DNA of 64,000 nucleotides from Candidatus Spongiisociaceae bacterium. GTDB lineage: Bacteria; Actinomycetota; Acidimicrobiia; Spongiisociales; Spongiisociaceae. This document shows positions 19,880 to 29,557 of the stretch, one piece after another. Positions within the stretch are counted from its first letter, which is position 1; the number at the start of each line of letters is the position of its first letter. The stretch lies in assembly GCA_965262915.1 (NCBI GenBank), contig OZ253564.1, forward strand, positions 4,224,001-4,288,000, written 5' to 3'. Under the pieces are notes generated by a model. It was not told the origin of the DNA and made no database searches. It worked only from the letters and a program-made list of their open reading frames with translations. The position numbers were made by a program, and so were the translations under genes.

Positions 19880-20953
19880 TCAGGAATCCGCGCCCAGGCT
19901 GGCGAACAGCCAGGCGAGGACCAGTCTCGGACGCTGGTTGCGGCGGAGTTGGACCGCGGCGTCCAGAACCAACTCGGCCGAGCGGATCGCCCGCCGGGGA
20001 GGTGTCCTGGCCAACTCGGTAGGTCCGAGGTCGGGATTGCGGACCGGCCCGCCGAACTGGGCGGATACCGAATCGAGATACCACGATGCCAGCATCTCCA
20101 GACCGGTCACCACCAGGGCGTTACCGGTCCGGCGAAGGGCCCGGTCGTGCCGCTCCACCAGTGCCTTGGGCACCGGAGAACCGCGGGACTCGAGCTCGTC
20201 CATCTCCTTGCGCCGACGCTGCTTGATGCCTTCCAGCAGGGGTCGGTGGGCACCCAGCATCTCCTCGGCCAGGCGGAAACCGTCGCCCGGCCGGGGCGTC
20301 ACCAGACCGGGGACCGCCAACCAGCGCCGACGGAATCCGGCGACCTCCTCGTTGGTCACCAGGTCGAGCGCCAATCCGGGACTGCCGCCGGCGATACGGG
20401 CGGTCATGGCGGCTCGGTCGGCCTCGACACCTCGATCCGCCAGGGCGTCGGCCAGGTCCGCGTCGGAGACCCGTCCGAACCTGATGATGCGGCAGCGGCT
20501 GGCGACGGTAGCCGGCAGGTCGTCCTCCGACTCGGCGACGATGATGAACACGGTTCCAGCAGGAGGCTCCTCGAGCGTCTTGAGCAGCGCGTTGGCCGCC
20601 GCCTCTGTCATCGTCGAGGCATCGTCGAAGATGAACACCTTGAACCGGCCCTCCACCGCTCGGAGGCTGGCGCCGGCGATCGCCCGGCGGGCCTGGTCGA
20701 CCCCGAGGGCGGTGCGGCCTTCCGGCCCGATGACCGTGACGTCCGGATGGCAGTGCCTCATCACCCGGCCCCGGCTCCGCTCCGACCCGCCCACCAGCGC
20801 CGCGGCGAAGGCAAGGGCCACGGTCGCCTTGCCGACATTGGACGATCCGGCGAACAGGTAGGCATGGGCGGGCGCGGGCACCTCGTGCTCCAGGTTCGCC
20901 AGCGTGGCCCGGTGTCCGATGATCCCGTCGTAGGTGTTCGTGCCCTCTTTCAC
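19880..20953 (-). CDS. holB: DNA polymerase III delta' subunit
   Basis: HAYLFAG..NVGK, HPDV, AANALLKTLEEP, TVASRC. Lies downstream of tmk. Confidence 0.9.
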   Translation of the reverse strand: MKEGTNTYDGIIGHRATLANLEHEVPAPAHAYLFAGSSNVGKATVALAFAAALVGGSERSRGRVMRHCHPDVTVIGPEGRTALGVDQARRAIAGASLRAVEGRFKVFIFDDASTMTEAAANALLKTLEEPPAGTVFIIVAESEDDLPATVASRCRIIRFGRVSDADLADALADRGVEADRAAMTARIAGGSPGLALDLVTNEEVAGFRRRWLAVPGLVTPRPGDGFRLAEEMLGAHRPLLEGIKQRRRKEMDELESRGSPVPKALVERHDRALRRTGNALVVTGLEMLASWYLDSVSAQFGGPVRNPDLGPTELARTPPRRAIRSAELVLDAAVQLRRNQRPRLVLAWLFASLGADS

Positions 20954-21549
20954 AGCCGGGCCTCCACCGCCGCCCGGACATCGGAGATGACCTGGCCGAA
21001 CGAACGCTCGCCATCCACCACCACGAAGCGCGACGGCTCCCGCCGGGCCAACTCATCGAATGCCTCCGCTACCTTGGCAAGGAGGGCGCCGCCTTCCGAC
21101 CCGATGCGATCGGCCCTTTGCTGCCGCGCCAATCCTGTGCGGGGGTCGACGGTGAGGAGAAGCACCATGTCGGGCCAGGTCCCTGCCAGACCTGGTTCGT
21201 TCACCCGGCGGATCCGGTCCACTCCGAGGCCCCGGCCGGCGCCCTGATAGGCGAGGGAGGAATACACGGACCGGTCGCTCACCACCCAGGCGCCTCGTGA
21301 CAGGGCCGGGCGAACGATCTCGTCGACCAGGTGGGCCCGATCGGCCGCGAACAACAGCGCCTCCGCCCAGGGAGCGACCACAGGACCGTCGAGCAGGACC
21401 CGGCGGATCGAGTGGCCGAGCCGAGTACCGCCGGGTTCCCGAACGCACACCACCTCATGGCCCGCCTCCTCGAGGAGGCGGCGGAGCTCCGCCTGGACGC
21501 TGGTCTTCCCGGCCCCGTCGATGCCTTCCAGCGCGATGTAGCGGCTCAC
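20950..21549 (-). CDS. tmk: Thymidylate kinase
   Basis: EGIDGAGKT, REPGGT, LFAADRA, SDRSVYSSLAYQG. Confidence 0.95.
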   Translation of the reverse strand: MSRYIALEGIDGAGKTSVQAELRRLLEEAGHEVVCVREPGGTRLGHSIRRVLLDGPVVAPWAEALLFAADRAHLVDEIVRPALSRGAWVVSDRSVYSSLAYQGAGRGLGVDRIRRVNEPGLAGTWPDMVLLLTVDPRTGLARQQRADRIGSEGGALLAKVAEAFDELARREPSRFVVVDGERSFGQVISDVRAAVEARL

Positions 21550-21580
21550 CCGAGCCCACCGTTGCGGCCGGTGGCGGCGC

Positions 21581-22948
21581 TCATTCGTCGTAGGGTGTGT
21601 CGCGACGCTTGCCCTTGATCAGGCCGAAGGCACGTGAGGTATCCCTGATCGAGTGGCGTAGCTGCGGCGGCAGATCCGGTCTGATCAGGGCGGACCGGAT
21701 CGCCACCATCGACGCGAGACCCGTTCCGAGGATCAGGGCGCCCGAGAGCGCGAACACGCTGCGGATACCGTTGTCGAGGGGAGGCGGGAAGAGCCCGTCG
21801 AGGGCGGAGGCCACCAGCACGGCCAGGGTGAAGGAGACCAGCATGCCGGTTCTCACCAGCGTGAAGAGGGCAGCGAAGGTACGCCCGCGCAAGGTGTCGT
21901 CGACGACGCCATGGAGATGGGTAAAGCCCATCACGTACGCGAATCCGGTACCCACACCCGCCACGAGCACCCAGCCGGATGCTCCCGTGACCGTACCCGC
22001 AAAGGCCGCCAGACCGATCGACAACCCGGTGACGCCGAGGCTCAGGGCATAGGTCAGGTCGTAGCGGGTCCGGTCGGTGGTGAACATGGCCACCCCTAGC
22101 ATCCCGAGACCCACCCCTACACCCAGAGCGGTTACCAGTACGCCGAAGCCCGTGTCGCCGCCGCCCAGCACATCCTGGGCGAAGGATTGTCCCAGCGGGA
22201 GGAGGGCGCTTCCCCCGAACAGGGCGACCGCCATCCCGAACACCACCCGTCGGACTGTGCGGGTCTGGGTGACGAAGGCAAATCCCTCCACCAGATCGCG
22301 CAGGGGTTGACGCCAGTCGCCCTCGTCGGCTGGCCGGTCGACGCCGCGGTCGGCCAGGGTCGGCTTAGGTATGGCGATGGTTGCCACGATCGCTCCCGAG
22401 ACCATGAAGGTCACAGCATCGAAGGCGAAGGCCAGGTCGGGAGCACGGTCGATCGGACCCAGGATTCCGATGGCGGAGAAGATGGCGGCCAGGCCTGCCC
22501 AGGTAGCGGCCCCTATGGGCGCGGTCCCGTATGCCGCGGCCGCCGAGAGACTGTTGGCCCTCACCAGTTGCTCGCGTTTGATCAGGGTGGGAACCGCGGC
22601 TTCCCGGGCGGGCTGGCGGATCATCGCCAGGATCTCGAGGATCGACGAGATGATGGCGATGGTCACCAGATCGTCGGCAAGCACGAATCCGAGCACCACC
22701 ACGCCCCGGCCCACATCCGAGAGCACCATGACCCACTTGCGGTCCAGCCGGTCGGCGACCACCCCCGCCAGGGAGCCGAGCAGGAGACCGGGTACGATCC
22801 TGCTGATGAGAGGTACGAGGACCGCGCTCCGGCCGCCGATCTGGTTGGCAAGAGCCAGGGTGGCGAAGAAGGTGATCCAGTCGCCCCAGGAAGAGGAGGC
22901 GCTGGCCCACCAGAGCCTCGAGAACGGCCCTCTGCGTAAGAGTTCTAT
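21581..22948 (-). CDS. MFS transporter
   Basis: GVVADRLDRKW motif A. The frame stays open upstream of the track start (IELLRRGPFSRLWWAS..SSWGDWI), so the start is probably non-canonical near 22948. Confidence 0.85.
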   Translation of the reverse strand: MELLRRGPFSRLWWASASSSWGDWITFFATLALANQIGGRSAVLVPLISRIVPGLLLGSLAGVVADRLDRKWVMVLSDVGRGVVVLGFVLADDLVTIAIISSILEILAMIRQPAREAAVPTLIKREQLVRANSLSAAAAYGTAPIGAATWAGLAAIFSAIGILGPIDRAPDLAFAFDAVTFMVSGAIVATIAIPKPTLADRGVDRPADEGDWRQPLRDLVEGFAFVTQTRTVRRVVFGMAVALFGGSALLPLGQSFAQDVLGGGDTGFGVLVTALGVGVGLGMLGVAMFTTDRTRYDLTYALSLGVTGLSIGLAAFAGTVTGASGWVLVAGVGTGFAYVMGFTHLHGVVDDTLRGRTFAALFTLVRTGMLVSFTLAVLVASALDGLFPPPLDNGIRSVFALSGALILGTGLASMVAIRSALIRPDLPPQLRHSIRDTSRAFGLIKGKRRDTPYDE

Positions 22949-23086
22949 TACAACCCCCGACCGGTGTCCCGCGAAGCTACCAGGCAGCCGTACCGGACCC
23001 CACAGCCCCCGCGAGCGGATTCCACCGGCGCCCGGGTGCCGTGCCCGTCTTGACAGGCTTGCCCTCTACAGATTAATCATGGCTTC

Positions 23087-25684
23087 ATGTCAAGACCTCT
23101 GATCATCGTTGAGTCGGCGACCAAAGCCCGAACCATCGCCGGCTACCTCGGCAAGGGTTACCGGGTGGAGTCCTCGCAAGGTCACATCCGCGATCTTCCC
23201 AACAACGCCAAACAGATCCCGGCCCGTTACAAGAAGGAGCAGTGGGCCAAGAACTGGGGCGTCGACGTGGACCACGACTTCCGACCGCTCTACATCGTTC
23301 CTCCCGAAAGCCGTAAGACCGTCCAGACGCTGAAGCGCCTGGTCAAGGAGGCCTCGGAACTGTATCTGGCCACCGACGAGGACCGAGAGGGGGAGGCGAT
23401 CGCCTGGCATCTGGCCGAGGTGCTCAAGCCGAAGGTGCCGATGCGCCGCATGGTGTTCCACGAGATCACCCCCGCCGCGATCCGGCGCGCCCTGGAGAAC
23501 CCGCGCTCCATCAACGACGACCTCGTCGAAGCCCAGGAAGCTCGCCGGACCCTGGACCGCCTGGTCGGCTACGGGGTGTCGCCGGTCCTATGGCGAAAGG
23601 TGAAGCGGGGTTTGTCGGCGGGCCGCGTCCAGAGCGTGGCGGTCCGGTTGGTCGTGGAGCGGGAGCGCCGACGGATCGCTTTCAGGTCGGCGGGGTTCTG
23701 GAGCATCGAAGGGATCTTCGCTACCGCGACCGGGCAGGCCTTCACCGCCGCTCTGGTGGCTGTCGACGGTACCCGCCCCGCGGCCGGCAAGGACTTCAAC
23801 CAACGGGGCGAGTTGACCACTACGAGGGTCCTGCGGCTCGACGAGACCCGGGCCACGTCCCTGGCGGCCCGGATCGAAGGCGGCCGCTACACGGTTCGAT
23901 CGGTGGAGACCAAGCCCTACACCCGCCACCCCTACGCCCCCTTCCGTACCTCGACCCTCCAGCAGGAAGCCTCCCGCAAGCTGCGGTTCGGCGCCTCCCG
24001 GACGATGATCGCCGCCCAGAGGCTCTACGAGCGCGGCCACATCACCTACATGCGGACCGACAGCACCAACCTATCGGAGACGGCCCTGAAGACCGCCCGC
24101 TCGGAGATCGCCAAGCGCTACGGATCCCAGTACCTGGCCACCAAGCCACGCCGCTACGTCAACAAGGTGAAGAACGCCCAGGAGGCCCACGAGGCCATCC
24201 GCCCGGCCGGCGATTCGTGGAGGACGCCGCAGGAGATATCCGCCCTGGTCGGCGACCGCGACCAGCAGCGCGTGTACCGCCTGATCTGGACCCGGACCCT
24301 CGCCTCCCAGATGGCGCCGGCCCGCGGCATGAGAACCCGCGTCCGGCTCGGTGGCCCGATCACCGGGGGCACCGATGTCGAGTTCGGTGCGTCGGGCCGG
24401 ACGGTGAGCTTCCCCGGATTCCTGCGGGTATACGTCGAGGGGCAGGACGATCCCAAGGCCGATGTCGACGACCGCGAGCGCCATCTCCCCTCGCTGCAGG
24501 TGGATGATCGGGTCGACGCCCGGGACATCGCGGCCAAAGGACACGAGACCCAACCACCCTATCGTTTCACCGAAGCCTCGCTCATCAAGGAACTCGAGGA
24601 CAAGGGCATCGGCCGCCCTTCCACCTACGCTTCGATCATATCCACGATCATCGGGCGCGGCTACGTCTTCAAGAAGGGGACCGCCCTGGTCCCGTCCATC
24701 ACCGGCTTCGCCACCACCCAGCTTCTCGAGCGTCACTTCGAATACCTGGTCGACTTCGGCTTCACCGCCCGGATGGAGGACGACCTCGACAAGATCGCGC
24801 GCGGCGAGGAGGACAAGGTTCCCTGGTTGCACCGTTTCTTCCACGGCAACGGAACCCGGGGACTCCACTACCTCGTGTCGAGCGAGCATGTGGACGGGAT
24901 CGATCCCCGCCAGATCAACTTCAGCGTGGGCGAGGACCCCCAGGGGGTTCCGGTGGTGGTCCGGGTGGGTAAGTACGGTCCCTACGTCGCACGGGGCGAC
25001 GACCGGGCCTCGGTGCCCGAGGACCTGGTGCCCGATGAACTGTCGCTGGAGCGGGCCATCGAGATGCTGGAGGCCCCCCAGGGGGACAAGATCCTGGGAA
25101 CCGACCCCGACTCGGGCCTCACCGTCCTGGCCCGGATCGGCCGCTACGGACCCTACGTGCAGCTCGGCGAGGATATCCAAGGGGCCGGGAAGAAGCCGAA
25201 GCGGGCTGGGCTGTTCCGCAACATGGTCATCGACGAGTTGGCCCTCGACGACGCCCTGCGGCTCCTCTCCCTCCCCCGCCGGGTCGGCAAGCACCCCGAC
25301 ACGGGTGAGGAGATCGTGGCGGGGAACGGACGATACGGGCCCTATCTGAGGATGGGCAAGACGTACCGGAACCTCGACGACCCGCGGCGGCTTTTCGATA
25401 TCACGCTCGAATCAGCGGTCAAGGTTCTCAGCGCCCCCAAACAGACCCGAGGCCGGGCGGCCGCACCCCCGCTCAAGGAACTCGGCAACGATCCGGTGTC
25501 GGGAGGAAAGGTCGTCGTCAAGACGGGCCGGTACGGACCCTACGTGACCGACGGGATCGTCAATGCGTCAGTACGCCAAGACGCTCTCGAGCAACTCGAC
25601 CTCGAGCAGGCTGCCGTCCTACTGGCCCGCCGGAGAGAGAAGCTGAAAGAACAGGGCAAGTGGCCCCCCAAGAAGCGCCGGTAG
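23087..25684 (+). CDS. topA: DNA topoisomerase I
   Basis: LIIVES..KA, ATDEDREGEAIAWH, SAGRVQS, ITYMRTDS, and C-terminal GRYGPY repeats of the actinobacterial type. Confidence 0.98.
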   Translation: MSRPLIIVESATKARTIAGYLGKGYRVESSQGHIRDLPNNAKQIPARYKKEQWAKNWGVDVDHDFRPLYIVPPESRKTVQTLKRLVKEASELYLATDEDREGEAIAWHLAEVLKPKVPMRRMVFHEITPAAIRRALENPRSINDDLVEAQEARRTLDRLVGYGVSPVLWRKVKRGLSAGRVQSVAVRLVVERERRRIAFRSAGFWSIEGIFATATGQAFTAALVAVDGTRPAAGKDFNQRGELTTTRVLRLDETRATSLAARIEGGRYTVRSVETKPYTRHPYAPFRTSTLQQEASRKLRFGASRTMIAAQRLYERGHITYMRTDSTNLSETALKTARSEIAKRYGSQYLATKPRRYVNKVKNAQEAHEAIRPAGDSWRTPQEISALVGDRDQQRVYRLIWTRTLASQMAPARGMRTRVRLGGPITGGTDVEFGASGRTVSFPGFLRVYVEGQDDPKADVDDRERHLPSLQVDDRVDARDIAAKGHETQPPYRFTEASLIKELEDKGIGRPSTYASIISTIIGRGYVFKKGTALVPSITGFATTQLLERHFEYLVDFGFTARMEDDLDKIARGEEDKVPWLHRFFHGNGTRGLHYLVSSEHVDGIDPRQINFSVGEDPQGVPVVVRVGKYGPYVARGDDRASVPEDLVPDELSLERAIEMLEAPQGDKILGTDPDSGLTVLARIGRYGPYVQLGEDIQGAGKKPKRAGLFRNMVIDELALDDALRLLSLPRRVGKHPDTGEEIVAGNGRYGPYLRMGKTYRNLDDPRRLFDITLESAVKVLSAPKQTRGRAAAPPLKELGNDPVSGGKVVVKTGRYGPYVTDGIVNASVRQDALEQLDLEQAAVLLARRREKLKEQGKWPPKKRR

Positions 25685-25759
25685 GAGAGCGGCTAGGGTT
25701 ACCGGGGAAGCAACGAGGTTCACAGTGCCGAGTCCGGTGCCTCTGGCCGGATCGGACAA

Positions 25760-26048
25760 CCGGATGACCTCGACATCGGCCCTGTGATGACGTCGGATCC
25801 TTAAGTCCCCGGAGACCAGAGGCCAACCCGGCTCCACTGCTCTCGCGTAGATCCGATGGTCGGCGGGATCGCCCGAAGACGACCGAGGCAGCGAGCACGC
25901 GGCCACTACGAGGACCGGCCGGTCCTCACGTGGGTACCAGTCGCGCCACCGTGCCACCATGCTTTGTGATCTTGATCTCCGCGCCCGTTGCTACGTCGTT
26001 AAGCAGGCTCAGGATCCGAGCCTTCGCTTGAGTAACGGTCAACTACAT
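25760..26048 (-). pseudogene. Decayed Phd/YefM antitoxin plus VapC (PIN) toxin pair with an internal deletion
   Basis: 26048-25926 reads M*LTVTQAKARILSLLNDVATGAEIKITKHGGTVARLVPT* (Phd N-terminus). It is followed directly by SLPRSSSGDPADHRIYARAVEPGWPLVSGDLRIR (VapC C-terminus). Confidence 0.75.
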
Positions 26049-26079
26049 CAACATATGTCTGTCATAGTAGGTCAGTCCG

Positions 26080-26553
26080 TTATCGACTCTGTCCAGCCTT
26101 GCATAGATCTCTTCTATCCAGGAGACGTCTGTGACTGTCCTTGAAGCTCTTATACATGAGAGTACTGTATATTCGACCTCTCCGGCCGTCAACCAGGCCC
26201 TTCTTTTTAAAATCCGTCTGTAGCGCCCTATCATTGGAGTATAGGAGCCTAGCAGGGCTGATCTGGGCTAGGGCTATAATGTGTGGATCGTCCGAGATAT
26301 AACCTCCCAAATCTTGGAGCTCTGTCGTCTTTCGATCCACTTCATCATCATCAAATGATAGGGCTTTCCCCGCAAGTAGGGCCTGTCTTATCCACTCCCA
26401 TATCGGAGTCCGGTAGAGCTCTTCACGGAGTTTCCCACCGACTACGAGCGGTAGTTTCCCAGAATCAACGCGATCAAGGAATCTCGTACCAGCCTCATGC
26501 CGATCGGTTCCTTTGAGCTCGTGAGCCACGTTCGCGTCGATAATCGCGCACAT
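26080..26553 (-). CDS. PIN-domain ribonuclease-like protein
   Basis: CAIIDANV, LREEL, SDDPHIIALA, LLYSND acidic PIN pattern. TGATG overlap with the upstream ATPase. Confidence 0.78.
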   Translation of the reverse strand: MCAIIDANVAHELKGTDRHEAGTRFLDRVDSGKLPLVVGGKLREELYRTPIWEWIRQALLAGKALSFDDDEVDRKTTELQDLGGYISDDPHIIALAQISPARLLYSNDRALQTDFKKKGLVDGRRGRIYSTLMYKSFKDSHRRLLDRRDLCKAGQSR

Positions 26554-27914
26554 CAGAGTCCGATAGACCTCCGGCTCTCCTTCATGAAGAACCGGCGATA
26601 ACCTGTCGGAGCCCCCAAAATGTTGCCTTCCTCATCGAATCTTAGCGAATGGATGCGTACGCCTGAGTCAGCGCGCTCGAAGAACAACACCGATACATCA
26701 TCAGGAGTCAACGAAGATGCCCCATCTCGCACATCCATACGGATACGATCGATAATGTGGTCGCTGTGTGTCTCGATTACCAGCTGCCTATCACGGTCGG
26801 CCTCCTGACAGAACAAGCTGCCGAGGGCAGCCTGCGCGCTGGGGTGTAGGTGAACCTCGGGTTGCTGCAACAGGAGTACGTTCGGTGCGTCCTCCCTCAA
26901 GAGCTCGGTCACCAATGGAAGTACCTGGCTTATTCCGTAGCCTACGTCGATCAGATTGTGTCGTGTCCCCTTCCTCTCCGAGGTGGACTGTCGGATCTGG
27001 ATCTGGAACGGCCCACCATCCCTCTCACCGAGTTGTTTGATAAGTATCTCATCGAATAGCCCGGCACCTCTCCCAAAGCCCTCGACCCTACTCCGGAGTT
27101 CTTCCCAGTTAGAGTTGTCCTGGGAGTAAAGGCTGGCGAGATACATCGGAATATAGTCGCCTTCTGGATCCCATGTCGGTCGGGATGGATCATAGGTTCT
27201 GTGGGGCTTAGATCGGACCGGTGCACTGGCAAAGGGGCGTCTCCAAGGAGGCCCATCACAGGAGTGAACCAGTCTCGTGATGGCATCTAGATCTCGCTCT
27301 GTGAAAGCCGGTGAGCCTGATAGGCGTTCGAGAGCACCTTCTCCCGGCACATCCTCGTGGAGATATGGGTGCAAATAGAAGAAGACCGGAGTTAGATAGT
27401 CTTCGAACTCTAACCTACCACCAACCCGTACAAACCGTGGATGTTGATTTATTCTCTGCTCCCAGCTACCTCTGGCTGTCGACAATCGGATCCGATCAAC
27501 ATGATTCCGGTTATAGATCTCCTCAATGGAGTTTTCTCCATGAGAGTAGAACCTCCGTATAGGGATCGGCCTCGTACCTATTTTCTTGAATGTAGTTTCG
27601 AAATACAGCGGGTTCTCATGGATTCCTATATCCTCATCTTTGTGGAAGACTTCAAAGCCTCCTATAAAGCTATCGGTTAGCGAACCGGACTCATTATTGT
27701 CATACGTTATTTCACGAAAGCTTCCTAGATCGTAAGGTTCCTCTTTGAAGTCCGGTATCCGCTGCCCATAGGCAACATCCCAGAGTGCCCTAATCAAGGC
27801 CAAGAAGGAGGTCTTACCTGTGCTGTTCTCACCGATGAGCAGGGTCAATGGGGCCAGACGGGCGGTCTGCTTCTCGTGAAAGCAGCGGTAATTGCCAAGC
27901 GTGATGCTGTCCAT
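26553..27914 (-). CDS. ABC/AAA_21-type ATPase with a DUF3696-like C-terminus
   Basis: NYRCF, GENSTGKTS (Walker A), DVGYGISQ (signature), LLLQQPEVHLHP (Walker B/D-loop), IETHSDH, DEEGNI...P..F. Confidence 0.88.
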   Translation of the reverse strand: MDSITLGNYRCFHEKQTARLAPLTLLIGENSTGKTSFLALIRALWDVAYGQRIPDFKEEPYDLGSFREITYDNNESGSLTDSFIGGFEVFHKDEDIGIHENPLYFETTFKKIGTRPIPIRRFYSHGENSIEEIYNRNHVDRIRLSTARGSWEQRINQHPRFVRVGGRLEFEDYLTPVFFYLHPYLHEDVPGEGALERLSGSPAFTERDLDAITRLVHSCDGPPWRRPFASAPVRSKPHRTYDPSRPTWDPEGDYIPMYLASLYSQDNSNWEELRSRVEGFGRGAGLFDEILIKQLGERDGGPFQIQIRQSTSERKGTRHNLIDVGYGISQVLPLVTELLREDAPNVLLLQQPEVHLHPSAQAALGSLFCQEADRDRQLVIETHSDHIIDRIRMDVRDGASSLTPDDVSVLFFERADSGVRIHSLRFDEEGNILGAPTGYRRFFMKESRRSIGL

Positions 27915-27980
27915 TGTTCTGCTCTCCTACGGCTCCGAGCGGCTAAGGCCGAGTCGCCCAAGCGTATCATTCCCCTGTAT

Positions 27981-28305
27981 CTACACCACAACGGTTTGTC
28001 GGGTGAGGTGTTTGGTGATCCGACCCAACACCGCGGGTAGGTCTCTGAAGAAGAGGTCGTCTGCCTTGGCAGTTGTGCATCTGGATCCGATCAGTGTCCA
28101 ATCGATTCGGTCTTTGGCTGCGATCGTCAAGGCAAGCGCTTCGTGCCAGGTTACGAACGTGCCGTCGGTGGTCTGCATGAGACGGTCCATCATGAGGTGG
28201 TTGACCGAGATGACCCGTAATATGAAACCTTCAACCTCTACCATCTCGGGTGGGTCCACACCCAACAGCGTCCGGGTCGGTACCTCGATAGCGATCTCCT
28301 CATCC
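27981..28305 (-). pseudogene. 5'-truncated remnant, possibly a nucleotidyltransferase-like protein C-terminus
   Basis: EIAIEVP...VEVEG..LRVISVNHLMMDRL...EALAL...DRIDW resembles minimal-NTase C-terminal regions. There is no room for an N-terminus. Confidence 0.35.
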
Positions 28306-28337
28306 CCGGAGCCGCAAACCCAATGCCGTCCGTCGCG

Positions 28338-29450
28338 CTACTCGACCGGCTCTCCCGAGCCTCGCGCACCTGCTCCGAGCGCAAGGACAGCCAATCCTAC
28401 GCCCGCCCCTACGTAGGGGACCAGCAACAGGACACCCAGCGGAATCGCAGGCAGGACGAACGCGCCGTAGGAACTCAACCGGCCGCGGCCGAGGAGCCGT
28501 CCCAATGTGATCAGCACCGGTACCGGTGCGGTCGACACCAGGTAGAGCAATGCCAGCAGCACCACCGGAAACACCGCCGCACCCGCCAACGCCGACCCGA
28601 TCGCCACCTTCGGTGGACCAAGTAGTACACCGGCGATCGCAACGGCTACGGGTAGTACCAGGATGCCCAGGTGGGCCACTCCGCGCAGTAGTGACCGCAC
28701 CGGGTGGTGGGCCAGGTACGTAACCGATCGTTCGACCTCCTCGGGCCGCAACCGGATCCTGAGAATGCCGTAGGCGAGCAGCAACACGAAGGCAATGAAC
28801 CCGACCATCAGTACAACAGCCCGGAACCTGAAATCAGGAGAGAGGGGAAGGCGACGGACCACGGTGCCGCCGATGACCGCATCGGAGTGGATGATCGCCT
28901 CACGGCTGCTCCTGTATCCCAGGTCCTCGGTTATCCGGGCGTCTTCGAGCACCAGCATCCTTCCCACGGTCATCTCCACATCACGCCCCACCGAACCGGC
29001 AATGGTGGTGGAACCGAACGTGCGGCCGCCCATGTCGTGGCCCACGTCACCCCAGGCGAGCAACGATCTCGACCAGATCAGGGAATCGCCGACGATAGAC
29101 CCGGCGAGGCGGATGTCCCGGCCCAGACCGACCACGTCTCCTCCCACCTCGGAGGCGATCTCGAGGTCCACCCCGGCCAACCGGACCGAACCGTCCACCA
29201 CACCCGTGATGCTTGCTGTAGTGGCGAACCCGATGACGTCGCCCTCCACCCGACCGGAGACCACCAGTCGCTCGGTGGCCAGCACGACCAGATCACCCTC
29301 GATGGTTCCCGCGATCCTCACTACGGAGCCGGCCACGTAGAGAGCCTCCTCCACCACTTCACCTTCCCGGATGAGGAAGATGCCCGCCGAAGCCGTCCGT
29401 AGGGCCTGGGGTACGTCGGCGGCCACCAGCAGCAGCAGGGCCAACCCCAT
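28338..29450 (-). CDS. Membrane protein with a bactofilin-like (polymer-forming) beta-helix repeat domain
   Basis: Repeated V.I.G.V.GD motifs followed by several TM helices. Start is uncertain because the upstream ATG lies inside a MITE. Confidence 0.75.
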   Translation of the reverse strand: MGLALLLLVAADVPQALRTASAGIFLIREGEVVEEALYVAGSVVRIAGTIEGDLVVLATERLVVSGRVEGDVIGFATTASITGVVDGSVRLAGVDLEIASEVGGDVVGLGRDIRLAGSIVGDSLIWSRSLLAWGDVGHDMGGRTFGSTTIAGSVGRDVEMTVGRMLVLEDARITEDLGYRSSREAIIHSDAVIGGTVVRRLPLSPDFRFRAVVLMVGFIAFVLLLAYGILRIRLRPEEVERSVTYLAHHPVRSLLRGVAHLGILVLPVAVAIAGVLLGPPKVAIGSALAGAAVFPVVLLALLYLVSTAPVPVLITLGRLLGRGRLSSYGAFVLPAIPLGVLLLVPYVGAGVGLAVLALGAGARGSGEPVE

Positions 29451-29481
29451 CCCGACGGGGCCGGCTACACGGCTCCGGCCA

Positions 29482-29557
29482 CTAGTGGTCTGTCTGCAAG
29501 ATGATCGAGCGCGCCCTGCCTGCATACCACGCCGCCATTTCACAGACAGACCACTAA
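29482..29557. mobile_element. MITE-like element (family B), 76 bp
   Basis: ctagtggtctgtctgcaagatg ... catttcacagacagaccactaa, with a perfect tagtggtctgtctg inverted repeat. Contains the nuoN TAG. Confidence 0.72.
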
